Positions 63,366 to 64,000 of a stretch of DNA of 64,000 nucleotides are shown one piece after another. Position numbers and translations under genes: made by a program. Position 1 is the stretch's first letter, and every line of letters starts with the position of its first letter. Origin of the DNA: Callorhinchus milii (Eukaryota); contig NW_024704743.1 of assembly GCF_018977255.1 (NCBI RefSeq), positions 85,190,001 through 85,254,000 on the forward strand. The letters are read 5' to 3'. The notes under the pieces were generated by a model, which was given only the letters and a program-made list of their open reading frames with translations, was not told the DNA's origin and did no database searches.

Positions 63366-64000
63366 AGGCAAAGGTCTGAGTTCTTAATAATTATGAGATT
63401 TTCTATTCAAGAAATGTTTACATCAAGAAATGAGTAAACACTTAAACTTGATTTTATGTTTAAAGTGATTAGTATTAGATGAGTGTGGGGGGAGGGATTA
63501 GAAGTTTGTTTCCTTGCCAGAGTGCTGTAGTCTGTCACACAAGATAAAGTAAAGCAGCCTCTGTGGCTCCTGTCTGTAGTGCCATTGTGGTCAAGTTGGG
63601 TTCAATAATTCAATTTACTGTATAATATTAATGGTTGGATTCCTTTATGGAGGCGGTGTGGGGGGGATGGGGGGGTAAGCTTCATCCATAGTGATGTTTT
63701 CTGCTTCCTAATTTTATATAATAAACCACTATATCAAATGCCTAGATTATTATCATCTTTTAACAAATTTGCAGCAAATTCCCTTTGTCTAGACTTTAGC
63801 ATATTGCGTTATTCCAGTTAATGTGCCTAGTTGAAGTAACACCTTTTTAAATGAAAATCTGGTGAAGTAGATAAAAGCCCTTCACTTACTCTTCTTTGAC
63901 AAAATTTAGCTCACTATATTGTAAGTGTTATGTGGTATCTCCTAAATTAATTCTTTAACAAATATTGCTAGGATTTTTTCAGCTAAGAATTTAAACTTTC

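Noticed and set aside
1..64000. CRISPR-like or regularly spaced repeat array suggested by the recurring ataatccttgcatttgatatagc motif
   Set aside because: The copies are dispersed, irregularly spaced, on both strands and diverged. They are SINE 3' tails.
25166..64000. Final CTDP1 exon (GHKRKL...LEAELND-like) and the preceding exon (...DLESMDKE)
   Set aside because: Not found by eye or in the ORF track, so they are presumably outside the window. A short exon could have been missed.

Overview
This window is vertebrate genomic DNA. It is most likely from a cartilaginous fish, possibly a chimaera or elephant shark; I infer this only from the repeat complement of tRNA-Ala-headed SINEs, Deu-domain SINEs, L2 LINEs with (TTG)n tails and shark-type CR1 ends. 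Only one host coding exon can be supported: 24933-25165 (+). It encodes VDDILGEDSDNESESEKEE...SSSEGSLTGSVPR, which I recognise as the penultimate coding exon of CTDP1 (FCP1, RNA polymerase II CTD phosphatase). I found neither neighbouring exon, so the rest is interpreted as two long introns of >24.9 kb and >38.8 kb. These are filled with decayed L2 and CR1 LINE fragments, several SINE families, ancient LF-SINE-like and AmnSINE2-like copies, a probable DNA-transposase fossil and simple repeats. Nearly all other ORFs in the track are repeat-derived or spurious. I see no CRISPR array, operon or intact transposon, and no demonstrably new biological system. The most notable unexplained structures are two strong hairpins (24734-24775, just upstream of the weak exon acceptor, and 63280-63365), a modular SINE family with swapped middles and tails, and an unclassified two-copy ancient repeat. 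Family names come from recall of consensus sequences, not database searches, and repeat boundaries are approximate.
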